Of a DNA stretch of 52,684 nt, positions 1 through 8,459 are shown in pieces. Both the position numbers and the translations under genes were made by a program. The notes under the pieces were generated by a model, which saw only the letters and a program-made list of their open reading frames with translations, was not told the origin of the DNA and did no database searches. The stretch is taken from assembly GCA_046725875.1 (NCBI GenBank), contig JBKOZJ010000046.1, forward strand, positions 1 to 52,684, written 5' to 3'. This stretch comes from Actinomycetota bacterium (GTDB lineage Bacteria; Actinomycetota; Actinomycetes; JAKEEW01). Within the stretch, counting starts at the first letter, position 1; every line of letters starts with the position of its first letter.

Positions 1-2
1 GA

Positions 3-530
3 ATCTCGTTCGGCCAGATCACCATAGTCGTAGGAGCAGCGGTCTTGCTGGCCTGGATCCCGCTCCGACAACGACCGGGCCTGGGAACGCTCAGCAATGT
101 CGTCGTCATCGGACTGGCCGTGGACGCAGGGATCGCGGCGCTGCCAGCTCCGGACGTACTCGCCGTGCGTGCAGCATTTCTGGTGTTCGGAATCGCGCTG
201 TGCGGGTTCGCCACGGGTTGCTACATCGGTGCCGCGTTCGGGCCCGGGCCGCGGGATGGCCTGATGACCGGTCTCGTTCGTCGCTCCGGTCGATCCATCC
301 GGCTGGTACGCACGATCATTGAGCTGATCGTCCTCGCCGTCGGCTGGCTGCTGGGCGGCAGCGTCGGGATCGGCACCGTCCTCTATGCGGTCACCATCGG
401 CGCGCTGTTCCAGCTGTTCCTGCCGCGGCTGACCGTACCGAGGGCCCGGGCGGCGTCCTTGCCTTCCGTTGAAGGAACGCCGGGGTCACCCGCACCTGTC
501 CCGCGAGCGCGGCTTCCATGCGAGAGTTGA
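3..530 (+). CDS. YczE/YyaS/YitT family membrane protein (5' end outside window)
   Basis: Frame open from window start; hydrophobic helices with family-typical PGLGTLSN and GPGPRDGLM motifs. Confidence 0.8.
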   Translation: MSFGQITIVVGAAVLLAWIPLRQRPGLGTLSNVVVIGLAVDAGIAALPAPDVLAVRAAFLVFGIALCGFATGCYIGAAFGPGPRDGLMTGLVRRSGRSIRLVRTIIELIVLAVGWLLGGSVGIGTVLYAVTIGALFQLFLPRLTVPRARAASLPSVEGTPGSPAPVPRARLPCES

Positions 531-562
531 GGGGCTTGACGGATGCCAGCGTGAGGATGGGC

Positions 563-808
563 ATGAACGACAGAGATATCTTGGGCCGGATCAAGACGCT
601 GGTGGACGAGGAGCACGCGCTGCGCGAGCGCGCGGCCCGCCAGGAGCTATCCGACGACGAGGAGCACGAGCGGCTGCGCATGGTCGAGGAGTCCCTAGAC
701 CAGTGTTGGGACCTGCTCCGGCAGCGCCGCGCTCGCCGCGATGCGGGCGAGAGCGCGGACAACGCGCACCTCCGTCCGACCAGCGAAGTCGAAGGTTACA
801 TGCAGTAG
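563..808 (+). CDS. DUF2630 family protein
   Basis: MNDRDILGRIKTLVDEEHALR...LDQCWDLLRQRRARR...VEGYMQ signature. Confidence 0.85.
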   Translation: MNDRDILGRIKTLVDEEHALRERAARQELSDDEEHERLRMVEESLDQCWDLLRQRRARRDAGESADNAHLRPTSEVEGYMQ

Positions 809-882
809 GCCGCGGCGGCGGTGGCCTCGTGGAGTACGAAAATACCGTTGACTCAGTCAAGGGTATTGCCTAGGCTGCGGAT

Positions 883-1875
883 ATGGCCGGTACTCCGAAC
901 GGCGATGCGGTGGGCGCGATCCGCGAGTTCAACCGCTTTTATACCGGGGTAATCGGCGTGCTCGACGAGGGACTGCTCGAGACGCCCTACACGCTGACCG
1001 AAGCACGGGTGATCTTCGAGCTGGCACAGCAGGCGGAGACCGAGGTGGCCAGCCTCCGTCGCCGGCTTGGACTGGATGCCGGATACCTCAGCCGCATCCT
1101 CAGCAGATTCGAGTCCGACGGCCTCGTCATCCGCAGCCGTTCGCGCGAGGACGCCAGACGCCAGATCGCCAAGCTCAATGCGGCCGGACGACAGACGTAC
1201 AAGATGCTCGACGAACGCTCGGCGCGCCAGGTCGAGAGAATGCTCGGCGGGCTTACGCCCGAGCAGCAGCGGCGACTGATGGCGTCGATGGGGGCGATCC
1301 GGGCGGTGCTCGAGGGAGCATCGTCCAGGAGCCGGGTCGTGCTTCGTCCGCTGCGGTCCGGCGACCTGGGATGGGTGGTGCAACGACACGGCGTTCTGTA
1401 TGCGGAGGAGTACGGCTGGGATCAGTCGTTCGAGGCGTTGGTCGCCCAGATCGTCGCGGAGTACGTGAGGCATCGTGATCGGGAACGTGAGAACGCCTGG
1501 GTCGCCGAGGTCGACGGCGAACCGGCCGGCTGCGTCTTCTGCGTCCACAAGGACGCCGAGATCGCGCAGCTTCGCCTCTTGCTGGTCGAACCATGGGCGC
1601 GTGGGTTTGGCGTCGGCACCAAGCTCGTGGACGAGTGCATTAGCTTCGCGCGGTCCGCGGGCTACGAACGCATCCTCCTGTGGACCAACTCCGTGCTCGA
1701 CGCGGCCCGCCGCATCTACGAGCGGGCCGGCTTCCTGCTCCAGGGCGAGGAATCCCATCACAGCTACGGCCACGATCTCGTGAGCCAGTGGTGGTCGCTC
1801 GAGCTGAACAGGCCCGCGCCAGCTCTCACCGCAGGCGGACGCAGTTCCGCAGATTCGATGCCGCTGGGTATTTAG
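883..1875 (+). CDS. MarR-type HTH / GNAT acetyltransferase fusion
   Basis: N-terminal IREFNRFYT...LDAGYLSRIL wHTH; C-terminal GNAT with LRLLLVEPWARGFGVG acetyl-CoA motif. Confidence 0.9.
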   Translation: MAGTPNGDAVGAIREFNRFYTGVIGVLDEGLLETPYTLTEARVIFELAQQAETEVASLRRRLGLDAGYLSRILSRFESDGLVIRSRSREDARRQIAKLNAAGRQTYKMLDERSARQVERMLGGLTPEQQRRLMASMGAIRAVLEGASSRSRVVLRPLRSGDLGWVVQRHGVLYAEEYGWDQSFEALVAQIVAEYVRHRDRERENAWVAEVDGEPAGCVFCVHKDAEIAQLRLLLVEPWARGFGVGTKLVDECISFARSAGYERILLWTNSVLDAARRIYERAGFLLQGEESHHSYGHDLVSQWWSLELNRPAPALTAGGRSSADSMPLGI

Positions 1876-2029
1876 CGCGGCACTAGCTCGCTGTTCCGCG
1901 CCGAGGGTTGGGTCGCCGCAAAATGGGTCGGCCGCTCGGTTGGCAAACCGCCATACGCGTAGCCTGCCGCTCATGGTCAGTCCCGCGATTCGCCGAGACT
2001 GCAGCCCGGCAACCTGGCGTGGAGGTGCG

Positions 2030-2689
2030 ATGTCCGACCCGGTCGCCAGAAGTTATGACGTGGTTGCGGAGCGCTATGCGAAAGAGATCGCCGACGAGCT
2101 GCCCGGTAAGCCGGTCGACCGGGCCTGGCTGAACTGTCTGGCGGAGCTGGCGACCGACCGTACGCCCAATGGGGTCGTTGCGGACGTCGGGTGCGGGCCC
2201 GGCCACATTGCTGCTTACCTCGCCGGGCGAGGCTGCCGGGTCGTCGGACTGGACATCTCACCCAGAATGATCGAGGTCGCCCGGCAGCGCTATCCGCAGG
2301 TCACCTTCGAGGTCGGCTCGATGCTCGACCTACCGGTTCACGATGGAGCGTGGACCGGCGCTGCCTGCCCGTATTCGATCATCCACTTGGAGCCCGCCCA
2401 ACGGCCGGTAGCCTTCGCCGAGCTCGCCCGCGTGATCGTCTCCGGCGGTTGGCTGCTGCTCTCGTTCCATGTCAGCGGGGAGGGGAAGGTTGCCGGTGAC
2501 GTGAAACATGTCTCGTTCTGGTGGGACCACGAAGTCGACCTCGACTTCCAGTTCCTCGACCCGGACATCGTGGCGGCCGAGGTTTCCTCCGCGGGCTTCA
2601 CCGTGATGGCGATGACGATCCGCGAGCCGTGGCCCGCTATCGAGGCTCAGACCCGGCGCGCCCACATCCTCACCCGCCGGGATTCGTGA
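2030..2689 (+). CDS. Class I SAM-dependent methyltransferase
   Basis: VADVGCGPG motif I, GLDISPRMI; GGAGG RBS before ATG 2030. Confidence 0.85.
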   Translation: MSDPVARSYDVVAERYAKEIADELPGKPVDRAWLNCLAELATDRTPNGVVADVGCGPGHIAAYLAGRGCRVVGLDISPRMIEVARQRYPQVTFEVGSMLDLPVHDGAWTGAACPYSIIHLEPAQRPVAFAELARVIVSGGWLLLSFHVSGEGKVAGDVKHVSFWWDHEVDLDFQFLDPDIVAAEVSSAGFTVMAMTIREPWPAIEAQTRRAHILTRRDS

Positions 2690-2690
2690 T

Positions 2691-3833
2691 TCACGTCTCG
2701 GCGGCGGCCCCGGCTCGCAGCGCGTGCCACCGACCGGGCGGGATGAGCTCGACGTCATGGGCGGCGCCGGGCGCGGCGAAGTCCAGAAGAGGCTCTCCCT
2801 CCTCGAGCAGATCGGCTTGGGTTCGCTTCGACAGGGCGGCAAACGGCTGGATTCGTAGTTTTGCTATGCCGCGCTGACGGGCGACGCTCCAGGTGCCCGC
2901 GGTGAACCCGTCGGCGAGGAAGATTCGCGGCATCGGGCCGGCCTCGAGGAAGCCTTGGCTGAGATATTCCTCCGTGACGACCCGACTGCGATCGGCGTGC
3001 GAGAGCAGCAGATTGTCGAAGTCGTAAAGGTAACGCACCGGCGCCGGCGCGTCTGGGGCCGGTCGCGGCGCGGACGGCAGGTCGAAGAGTTGCCGCCCGT
3101 CGTCGTCGCGAAACGTGACCAGCTGCCCGCGCAACCGGTCGACCACCTCGCCGAGCCGAGTAAGGCCGCACCACGTCTGGACGTCCTGGACGCTGGCCGG
3201 GCCGAACGCACCGAGGTAACGCAGGACCAGCTCGTCGAGCGACGCATCCCGATCGAGCGGACGGCCGAGCCAATGCTCGGCGGTGGTATGCGCGGCCGGA
3301 CCGCTGCGGCCCCAGACGCCGCGGGGCGGAACCTGGACCAGCGGCGCGAATGCCCGGATTGCCTGCGCCAGGGAGGCCGGATCTCGGTCTGGCCAGCGTT
3401 CGGCGAGCGCCCGGCCAAGCTCACTCAAGATCGTCGGCCGGTGCTCCACTAGCCGCCGACCCGCTGCGACCAGTTGCGACCGATCGACCTCCACCAGGTT
3501 GCGGCCGAAGTTGCTATTGAACGCCCGTTCAAGCACCGGCTGTACTAGGGGCCGCAAGGTCAGGCAGTCCTCAGCTGTGACTAGGTGAATGGTGCTGCGC
3601 ATCAGGGCGATCCGAACGACTTTCCGATCTGCGAGCAGATCGGAAAGGTCCTTTGGGTCGAAGTCGAGGAGCCGCGACCACAGACCGTGATACCACGTTT
3701 GTGCAGTCTGCGCCTGCAGGCCGACGAGCCGTTGCACGGTCTCGAGCGGCGACAAGTCGGCCCGCTCGAGCAACATCTGGCGCGCCAGCGTTGCACGGTT
3801 CAACGCTCGCCGCGTCAGCACTGGTGCCGTCAT
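2691..3833 (-). CDS. AlkZ/YcaQ-like (HTH_42) winged-helix DNA glycosylase family protein
   Basis: LNRATLARQMLL, GLQAQ (QxQ motif), MRSTIHLV, RYLGAFGPAS, FDNLLLSHADR. Confidence 0.85.
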   Translation of the reverse strand: MTAPVLTRRALNRATLARQMLLERADLSPLETVQRLVGLQAQTAQTWYHGLWSRLLDFDPKDLSDLLADRKVVRIALMRSTIHLVTAEDCLTLRPLVQPVLERAFNSNFGRNLVEVDRSQLVAAGRRLVEHRPTILSELGRALAERWPDRDPASLAQAIRAFAPLVQVPPRGVWGRSGPAAHTTAEHWLGRPLDRDASLDELVLRYLGAFGPASVQDVQTWCGLTRLGEVVDRLRGQLVTFRDDDGRQLFDLPSAPRPAPDAPAPVRYLYDFDNLLLSHADRSRVVTEEYLSQGFLEAGPMPRIFLADGFTAGTWSVARQRGIAKLRIQPFAALSKRTQADLLEEGEPLLDFAAPGAAHDVELIPPGRWHALRAGAAAET

Positions 3834-3889
3834 GCAACCGCTCCACGCTCAGCCGATGGACAGCCGTAACGTTAGCGGCGGCCAGTGTC

Positions 3890-4240
3890 CTAGCCGCGGT
3901 TGTCAACGGTGATGATGCTGGTTTGACTGCTGATCGCGCTGCTGTCGACCGTCTTTCCTCGGACCAAGACCTTCACGCTGAGCATTCCGGATCCCGCCGT
4001 CTTGTGAAGCCGCACGCGGACGACACCGTCACGGCCTTTGACGTTTCGCACGGTGACGCTGCCGCAACCAGACTTCTCTGTGCGGCCGATCCGACCCGAC
4101 CAGCAGACGTCATCGGACGCGGTGATCTTGACGACCGTTTTCGACGCTCTGGACGAGGAGCCAGAGGAGGACTCGGGTGGCTCGCATCCAGCGATGACGA
4201 GGAGCACACCGGCGGCGGCGATCCAACGAGCGGCGAGCAT
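3890..4240 (-). CDS. Small putative lipoprotein, unknown function
   Basis: Signal peptide with lipobox VIAG-C, Ser-rich linker, beta-rich domain with two Cys; AAAGGGGG RBS. Confidence 0.6.
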   Translation of the reverse strand: MLAARWIAAAGVLLVIAGCEPPESSSGSSSRASKTVVKITASDDVCWSGRIGRTEKSGCGSVTVRNVKGRDGVVRVRLHKTAGSGMLSVKVLVRGKTVDSSAISSQTSIITVDNRG

Positions 4241-4378
4241 ATAGCCCCCTTTCGTCGGCGGGGTGCGACTGCGGGCACCTCACCGAAGGCTTGCCGGTCC
4301 AGAGTCGGTTGCCTTCCACTACCTCGACTCAGGCTGGGTTCGTGGTCGCGTTGCTTGGCAAACAAGGGATCGATTCAG

Positions 4379-5221
4379 CTACCGGACAGGATGAAGCGGT
4401 GCCCCTCGGGCTATTACTCGACGGCGATTGGCTTGAGGCTGTGCCCGGATCCGCTCGACGAGCTCGGCCATCTGGCGACTCGGCTCGATGCCAAACGACT
4501 CTCGAAGCAGCCTCCGGAATCGCTCGGACTCTCGTAGTGCCTCGGCTGCGTTTCCCTCGGCCAGGTGCACGCGCATGACCAAGCGGTGGGCGCTTTCGCG
4601 GTGGGGGTCGACAGCGACCGCGGTAAGAGCGCACTCCAACGCCTCCGCATAGTCACCGTGTTCGATCAAGAGATCGGTGAGTGCCTCGAGGGCGTGCAAG
4701 CGCAGTTGATGGATCCGCTCGCGCTCGACGAGCACCCAGTCGTCGTACCAACCCGGCAGCAGCCTGCCGCCTGGGCTGCCGACCAAGGGCAGCCAGGTCG
4801 ACGAGGTCCCTAGCAGGCTCGACTCCCGAGGATGCAGCAATAGCCAAGCGTTCGTCAGGAAGTCCTCAACGTCGACCGAGAGATCGTCCGCCAGTCCGAT
4901 CTCACTGCCGCCGGCTTCGACGAGACCCGGAGCCTGCTGATGTAGGGCCCAAAGAGCTGCGCGAACGCTGGTCTGCGCGCGCTGCTCGCTCGCCTCGGGC
5001 CAAAGGGTGCCACCCACGAGTGCCCGGGTCTGCGGTCCGCGCAGCGCCAGGAGAGCCACCAGGCGCTGGCCGCGCACCGGAACATGGACGCCGCAACCGC
5101 CTCGGGTCAGACGCCAGCCGTCGAACAATGTCAGTCGGAGCGCACCGGGCGGCGGGGACGGGAGCCGAGCGCGTTCCAGGGCGGCGCCGTCACTCGGACC
5201 ACCCCAACCCGCGTTTCCCAT
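4379..5221 (-). CDS. SARP/AfsR-type regulator (wHTH + BTAD), divergent from peptide operon
   Basis: QRLVALLAL...LWPE wHTH; LLPGWYDDWV..ERER and DPHRESAHRLVMRVHLAEGN BTAD motifs; start uncertain. Confidence 0.85.
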   Translation of the reverse strand: MGNAGWGGPSDGAALERARLPSPPPGALRLTLFDGWRLTRGGCGVHVPVRGQRLVALLALRGPQTRALVGGTLWPEASEQRAQTSVRAALWALHQQAPGLVEAGGSEIGLADDLSVDVEDFLTNAWLLLHPRESSLLGTSSTWLPLVGSPGGRLLPGWYDDWVLVERERIHQLRLHALEALTDLLIEHGDYAEALECALTAVAVDPHRESAHRLVMRVHLAEGNAAEALRESERFRRLLRESFGIEPSRQMAELVERIRAQPQANRRRVIARGAPLHPVR

Positions 5222-5353
5222 CGGCTTCCCCCATTCGCCGTGCCGTCCCGGATTCGACGCGCACCAACATGGCCGCGCTCACCGATGGTGTCCGACTCAC
5301 TTCAGAAAGCGTCGATCACGGGGAGCCACATGTCAATCATGACTGAGCTGGGA

Positions 5354-5394
5354 GGAACGTCGGCCGTCACGCGGCGATAACGCTCGGGCAACGG
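5354..5394 (+). promoter_or_regulatory. Candidate SARP-binding direct repeats upstream of peptide gene 1
   Basis: GGAACGT, GTCACGC, ATAACGC, GCAACGG; ACG cores at 5357, 5369, 5380, 5391 (12/11/11-bp period). Confidence 0.5.
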
Positions 5395-5447
5395 CCGCCG
5401 GGTTGACTACGAACGAGATCCGCTGCAGCCGAAAGGGGGTGAATGGC

Positions 5448-5639
5448 ATGCGTACGGAACTCACCATGAAGGAGCTCGACCTGCAAGAGGTTGAGCTGTT
5501 GCCGGCGCGCGAAGCGCTCGGCTCTTACAACTGGGCCTCGGTGTACGCGTCGAACACCGCGGTGGCGCTGAACGCAGCGACCTTCAAGTCAAGCGCCTGG
5601 GCGACGGCCAGCCAGTACATCACCATCAACCAGTCGTAG
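5448..5639 (+). CDS. Small leader-core peptide 1 (63 aa, LPAREAL leader)
   Basis: AAAGGGGG RBS; MRTELTMKELDLQEVELLPAREAL-GSYNWASVYASNTAVALNAATFKSSAWATASQYITINQS; paralogous to next ORF. Confidence 0.85.
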   Translation: MRTELTMKELDLQEVELLPAREALGSYNWASVYASNTAVALNAATFKSSAWATASQYITINQS

Positions 5640-5651
5640 CCGCCGGACTCG

Positions 5652-5679
5652 CCGGGCGGGCGTGAAGGCGCCCGCCCGG
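5652..5679 (+). other. GC-rich stem-loop after peptide gene 1
   Basis: CCGGGCGGGCG-tgaagg-CGCCCGCCCGG, perfect 11-bp stem, no U-tract. Confidence 0.75.
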
Positions 5680-5706
5680 TTCGGCGAGCGAAGGGAGGCC
5701 ATTGCG

Positions 5707-5904
5707 GTGAGTGTCCTCGCGGAGATCTCTCGCCGGGAGATGGACTGCCAGCATGCCGAAGTGCTCCCGGCACGGGAGGCACTGTCCTCGCTGGTGAACA
5801 TCACCAACATCACAGCGGTGAACGTGGCGATCGCTGTGAACGCCGCAACGATCGGCTCGACCGCCGCGGCGACGGCGCTGCAAAACGTCAGCTCGGTCCA
5901 GTAG
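5707..5904 (+). CDS. Small leader-core peptide 2 (65 aa, LPAREAL leader)
   Basis: AAGGGAGG RBS then GTG; MSVLAEISRREMDCQHAEVLPAREAL-SSLVNITNITAVNVAIAVNAATIGSTAAATALQNVSSVQ; double TAG stop. Confidence 0.85.
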   Translation: MSVLAEISRREMDCQHAEVLPAREALSSLVNITNITAVNVAIAVNAATIGSTAAATALQNVSSVQ

Positions 5905-5921
5905 TAGAACCGAGTGGACGA

Positions 5922-5961
5922 CCGGCCGGGCAGGCCAGCACTGGCTGGAATGCCCGGCCGG
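5922..5961 (+). other. GC-rich stem-loop after peptide gene 2
   Basis: CCGGCCGGGCA...TGCCCGGCCGG 11-bp stem plus inner GCCAG/CTGGC stem. Confidence 0.7.
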
Positions 5962-5981
5962 CGACCAGGAGGACCTGAGAT

Positions 5982-8459
5982 GTGAGCGCGCAGGTGGGGG
6001 CTCTGCTCCCGACATCGAGCAGCGGACGGGGCTCGGGGGCGTGGCTTCGGGTTCCTGGAGTGATCCTGCACGGGCGCTATGAGGGTTCGGGGTTTCGCGA
6101 GGAGCGGTTCCTGGTCGAACGCCCCGACGGGCAGGTCGTGCTGCTGACCCGACTGCTCTATCTGGTAACCGCGTACCTCGACGGGCGACGAGACAACGAG
6201 CGCGTGGCAGAGCTGGTGAGCGCGGAGTACGGTCAGCGGCTCACCCCCGCGGCGTTGATGTATCTGGTAGAGCAAAAGCTCGGTCCGGCCGGCATCGTGG
6301 GACGGGTCGGCGAGCCCTCCGCCGCGGCCCGTCGGGTCGATCCACTGCTTGGAGTGAGCCTGCGGGCGGTGCTGGCGCCGCCGCGCGTGTCACGGACCCT
6401 GGGCCGCTGGTTCGCTCCGCTGTTCCGCCCGACCGTGGTCGGCCTCGCGCTCATCGCGCTCGTGGTGTCCGACGCATGGCTGCTGGTGGCGCACGCTGCC
6501 GGTGCGGCCTTTACGACGGCGCTGACCGAGCCGACGGGAGTGTTCGCGGTGCTAGGGCTGCTCCTCGCCGCGACACTCTTCCACGAGATCGGGCACGCGG
6601 CAGGCTGCTGGTATGGCGGCGCCCGGCCGGGCCCGATCGGCGCCGGGTTGTACTTGTGGTTCCCGGTGTTCTATACCAACGTGACCGACGCGTACCGCTT
6701 GGACCGCTCCGGGCGGCTACGCACAGACCTCGGCGGGGTCTATTTCAATGCAATTTTCATCGTCGTCGCGGCGACGGCATATGGGGTTACCGAATGGGCA
6801 CCACTGGCCGTCGTGGTTTTGCTCGCTCATCTGGAGATACTGCAACAGCTCATCCCGGTGGTGCGGTTCGACGGCTACTACATCCTCGGCGACCTCACCG
6901 GAGTGCCGAACCTGTTCGGAAGGCTCGGACCGATCCTGCACAGCCTGACGCCGGGCCGCGGGGTCGACCCGCGGGTCGCCGACCTGCAGACCCGGGCCCG
7001 CGTCGTGGTTACCGCGTGGGTGCTGGTTACCGTGCCGGCGCTAGTGCTGGGACTTGTGCTGCTTCTCGCACGCACACCCGGGTATTTGTCGGATGTGTGG
7101 GTCCAGTCCAGGGTTCTTTGGTCCGCCGGTGACGACTCAGCGCGAGCGGGCGATGCGGCGGCCGCCGCGCTGGCATACTTCTCGATCCTTGCGCTCGCTC
7201 TGCCCGTCGTCGGCCTCATCGCAGTGCTCAGCCGGTCGCTGCTGCATGGGGGACGCGCCATCCAGGCCCGAACCCACGCGTCGCGACCCAGTCTCCCGAA
7301 GGAGGCTTCCGTGAATAGCACAAGTGTGGACAACACGAACGGGCCGCCGCGCCTGACTCCCAACCCCGGTCGGGTGGTCGAGCCGGCCAATAAAAGCCAG
7401 CCGCCCCGCCTCACTCCCAACCCCGGTCGGCTGGCGGAGCCAGCCAGTAAGGGTCAGCGGCAGCACGTAGCCCCGAACCGGGGGAGGCTTGGAGAGCCGA
7501 CCTTCGACTGGGCCCTTGACCCGCGACTCACGGCCGCGGGTTTCACTGAAGAGACGATGCTGCGCCGCCGGGCCCGGCCACCCCGACACGGGTGGCGGCG
7601 GGGTATCTATCTCGCCACGGCCGGGCGAGTCAACATGGGGCCGAGCGCGGGCGAACTGCGCGAGCAACGGCTGATCGCACGAATCACGGCGCCAATTCAA
7701 GGAGCCCGGCGGGTGGTCGTGCTCAGCCGCAAAGGCGGCGCTGGCAAGACCACAACAACCGTGATGCTCGGCCACACCTTCGCGACCCACCGCGGTGATC
7801 GGGTAGTCGCGCTCGACGCCAACCCGGACGCTGGGTCACTGGCGTACCGGGTGCCGCGCGACACAGCAGCAACCGTCACCACGCTGTTGGCCGACCGGGA
7901 GCTCATTAGCCGATATGCCGACATCCGCGGCTACACGTCGCACGCCGCGACCCGGCTGGAGGTCATCGCCTCTGACGACGACCCGCGGATCAGCCAGGCC
8001 CTGGGGGAGAGCGACTACCACCGTGCGGTCGAACTGCTCGACCTGCACTACAACCTGATACTGCTCGACACCGGGACGGGCATCCTGGACCGCGCAACTC
8101 AGGGCATCCTCCATGAGGCGGACCAAATCGTCGTCGTGATGCCACCCGCGCTCGACGGCGCCCGCGGCGCAGCGTCAACGCTGGATTGGCTCGACCAGCA
8201 CGGATTTTCAACGCTCGTGCGTGGCGCAGTCGCGGTGATCAATGCCGTCCGCGGTGAAGGGGGGCTGCTGGAGCTCGACCGGGTAGAGCGGCACTTTGCG
8301 GCCCGCTGCGCGGCCACTGTGCGCATTCCGTGGGACCGAGCGCTCGAGGCCGGTGCTCAGACCGCACTCGATGAGCTCAAGGCCTCCACCCGGGAGGCCT
8401 ACCTGCACCTGGCCGCCGCAGTTGCGGATGGCTTCAGCTCGTCGGAGGACCAGCCATGA
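5982..8459 (+). CDS. Fusion: PqqD/RRE-like domain + M50 (site-2) zinc metallopeptidase + MinD/ParA-family ATPase
   Basis: N-terminal FLVERPDGQVVLL...LDGRRD...VAELVS pattern; HEIGH at 6582-6596 and LIPVVRFDGYY; multiple TM helices; deviant Walker A KGGAGKT at 7731-7751 followed by VVALDANPDAGSL. Confidence 0.85.
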   Translation: MSAQVGALLPTSSSGRGSGAWLRVPGVILHGRYEGSGFREERFLVERPDGQVVLLTRLLYLVTAYLDGRRDNERVAELVSAEYGQRLTPAALMYLVEQKLGPAGIVGRVGEPSAAARRVDPLLGVSLRAVLAPPRVSRTLGRWFAPLFRPTVVGLALIALVVSDAWLLVAHAAGAAFTTALTEPTGVFAVLGLLLAATLFHEIGHAAGCWYGGARPGPIGAGLYLWFPVFYTNVTDAYRLDRSGRLRTDLGGVYFNAIFIVVAATAYGVTEWAPLAVVVLLAHLEILQQLIPVVRFDGYYILGDLTGVPNLFGRLGPILHSLTPGRGVDPRVADLQTRARVVVTAWVLVTVPALVLGLVLLLARTPGYLSDVWVQSRVLWSAGDDSARAGDAAAAALAYFSILALALPVVGLIAVLSRSLLHGGRAIQARTHASRPSLPKEASVNSTSVDNTNGPPRLTPNPGRVVEPANKSQPPRLTPNPGRLAEPASKGQRQHVAPNRGRLGEPTFDWALDPRLTAAGFTEETMLRRRARPPRHGWRRGIYLATAGRVNMGPSAGELREQRLIARITAPIQGARRVVVLSRKGGAGKTTTTVMLGHTFATHRGDRVVALDANPDAGSLAYRVPRDTAATVTTLLADRELISRYADIRGYTSHAATRLEVIASDDDPRISQALGESDYHRAVELLDLHYNLILLDTGTGILDRATQGILHEADQIVVVMPPALDGARGAASTLDWLDQHGFSTLVRGAVAVINAVRGEGGLLELDRVERHFAARCAATVRIPWDRALEAGAQTALDELKASTREAYLHLAAAVADGFSSSEDQP
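7344..7499 (+). repeat. 57-nt (19-aa) Pro-rich tandem repeat, about 2.7 copies, in linker
   Basis: PPRLTPNPGRVVEPANKSQ / PPRLTPNPGRLAEPASKGQ / RQHVAPNRGRLGEP starting at 7344, 7401, 7458. Confidence 0.9.

Noticed and set aside
5448..5904. Peptides as lanthipeptide, linaridin, daptide or lasso precursors
   Set aside because: No Cys in the cores, no C-terminal Thr, no Asp/Glu in the cores for a lasso ring, and none of the required enzymes nearby; modification in trans cannot be excluded
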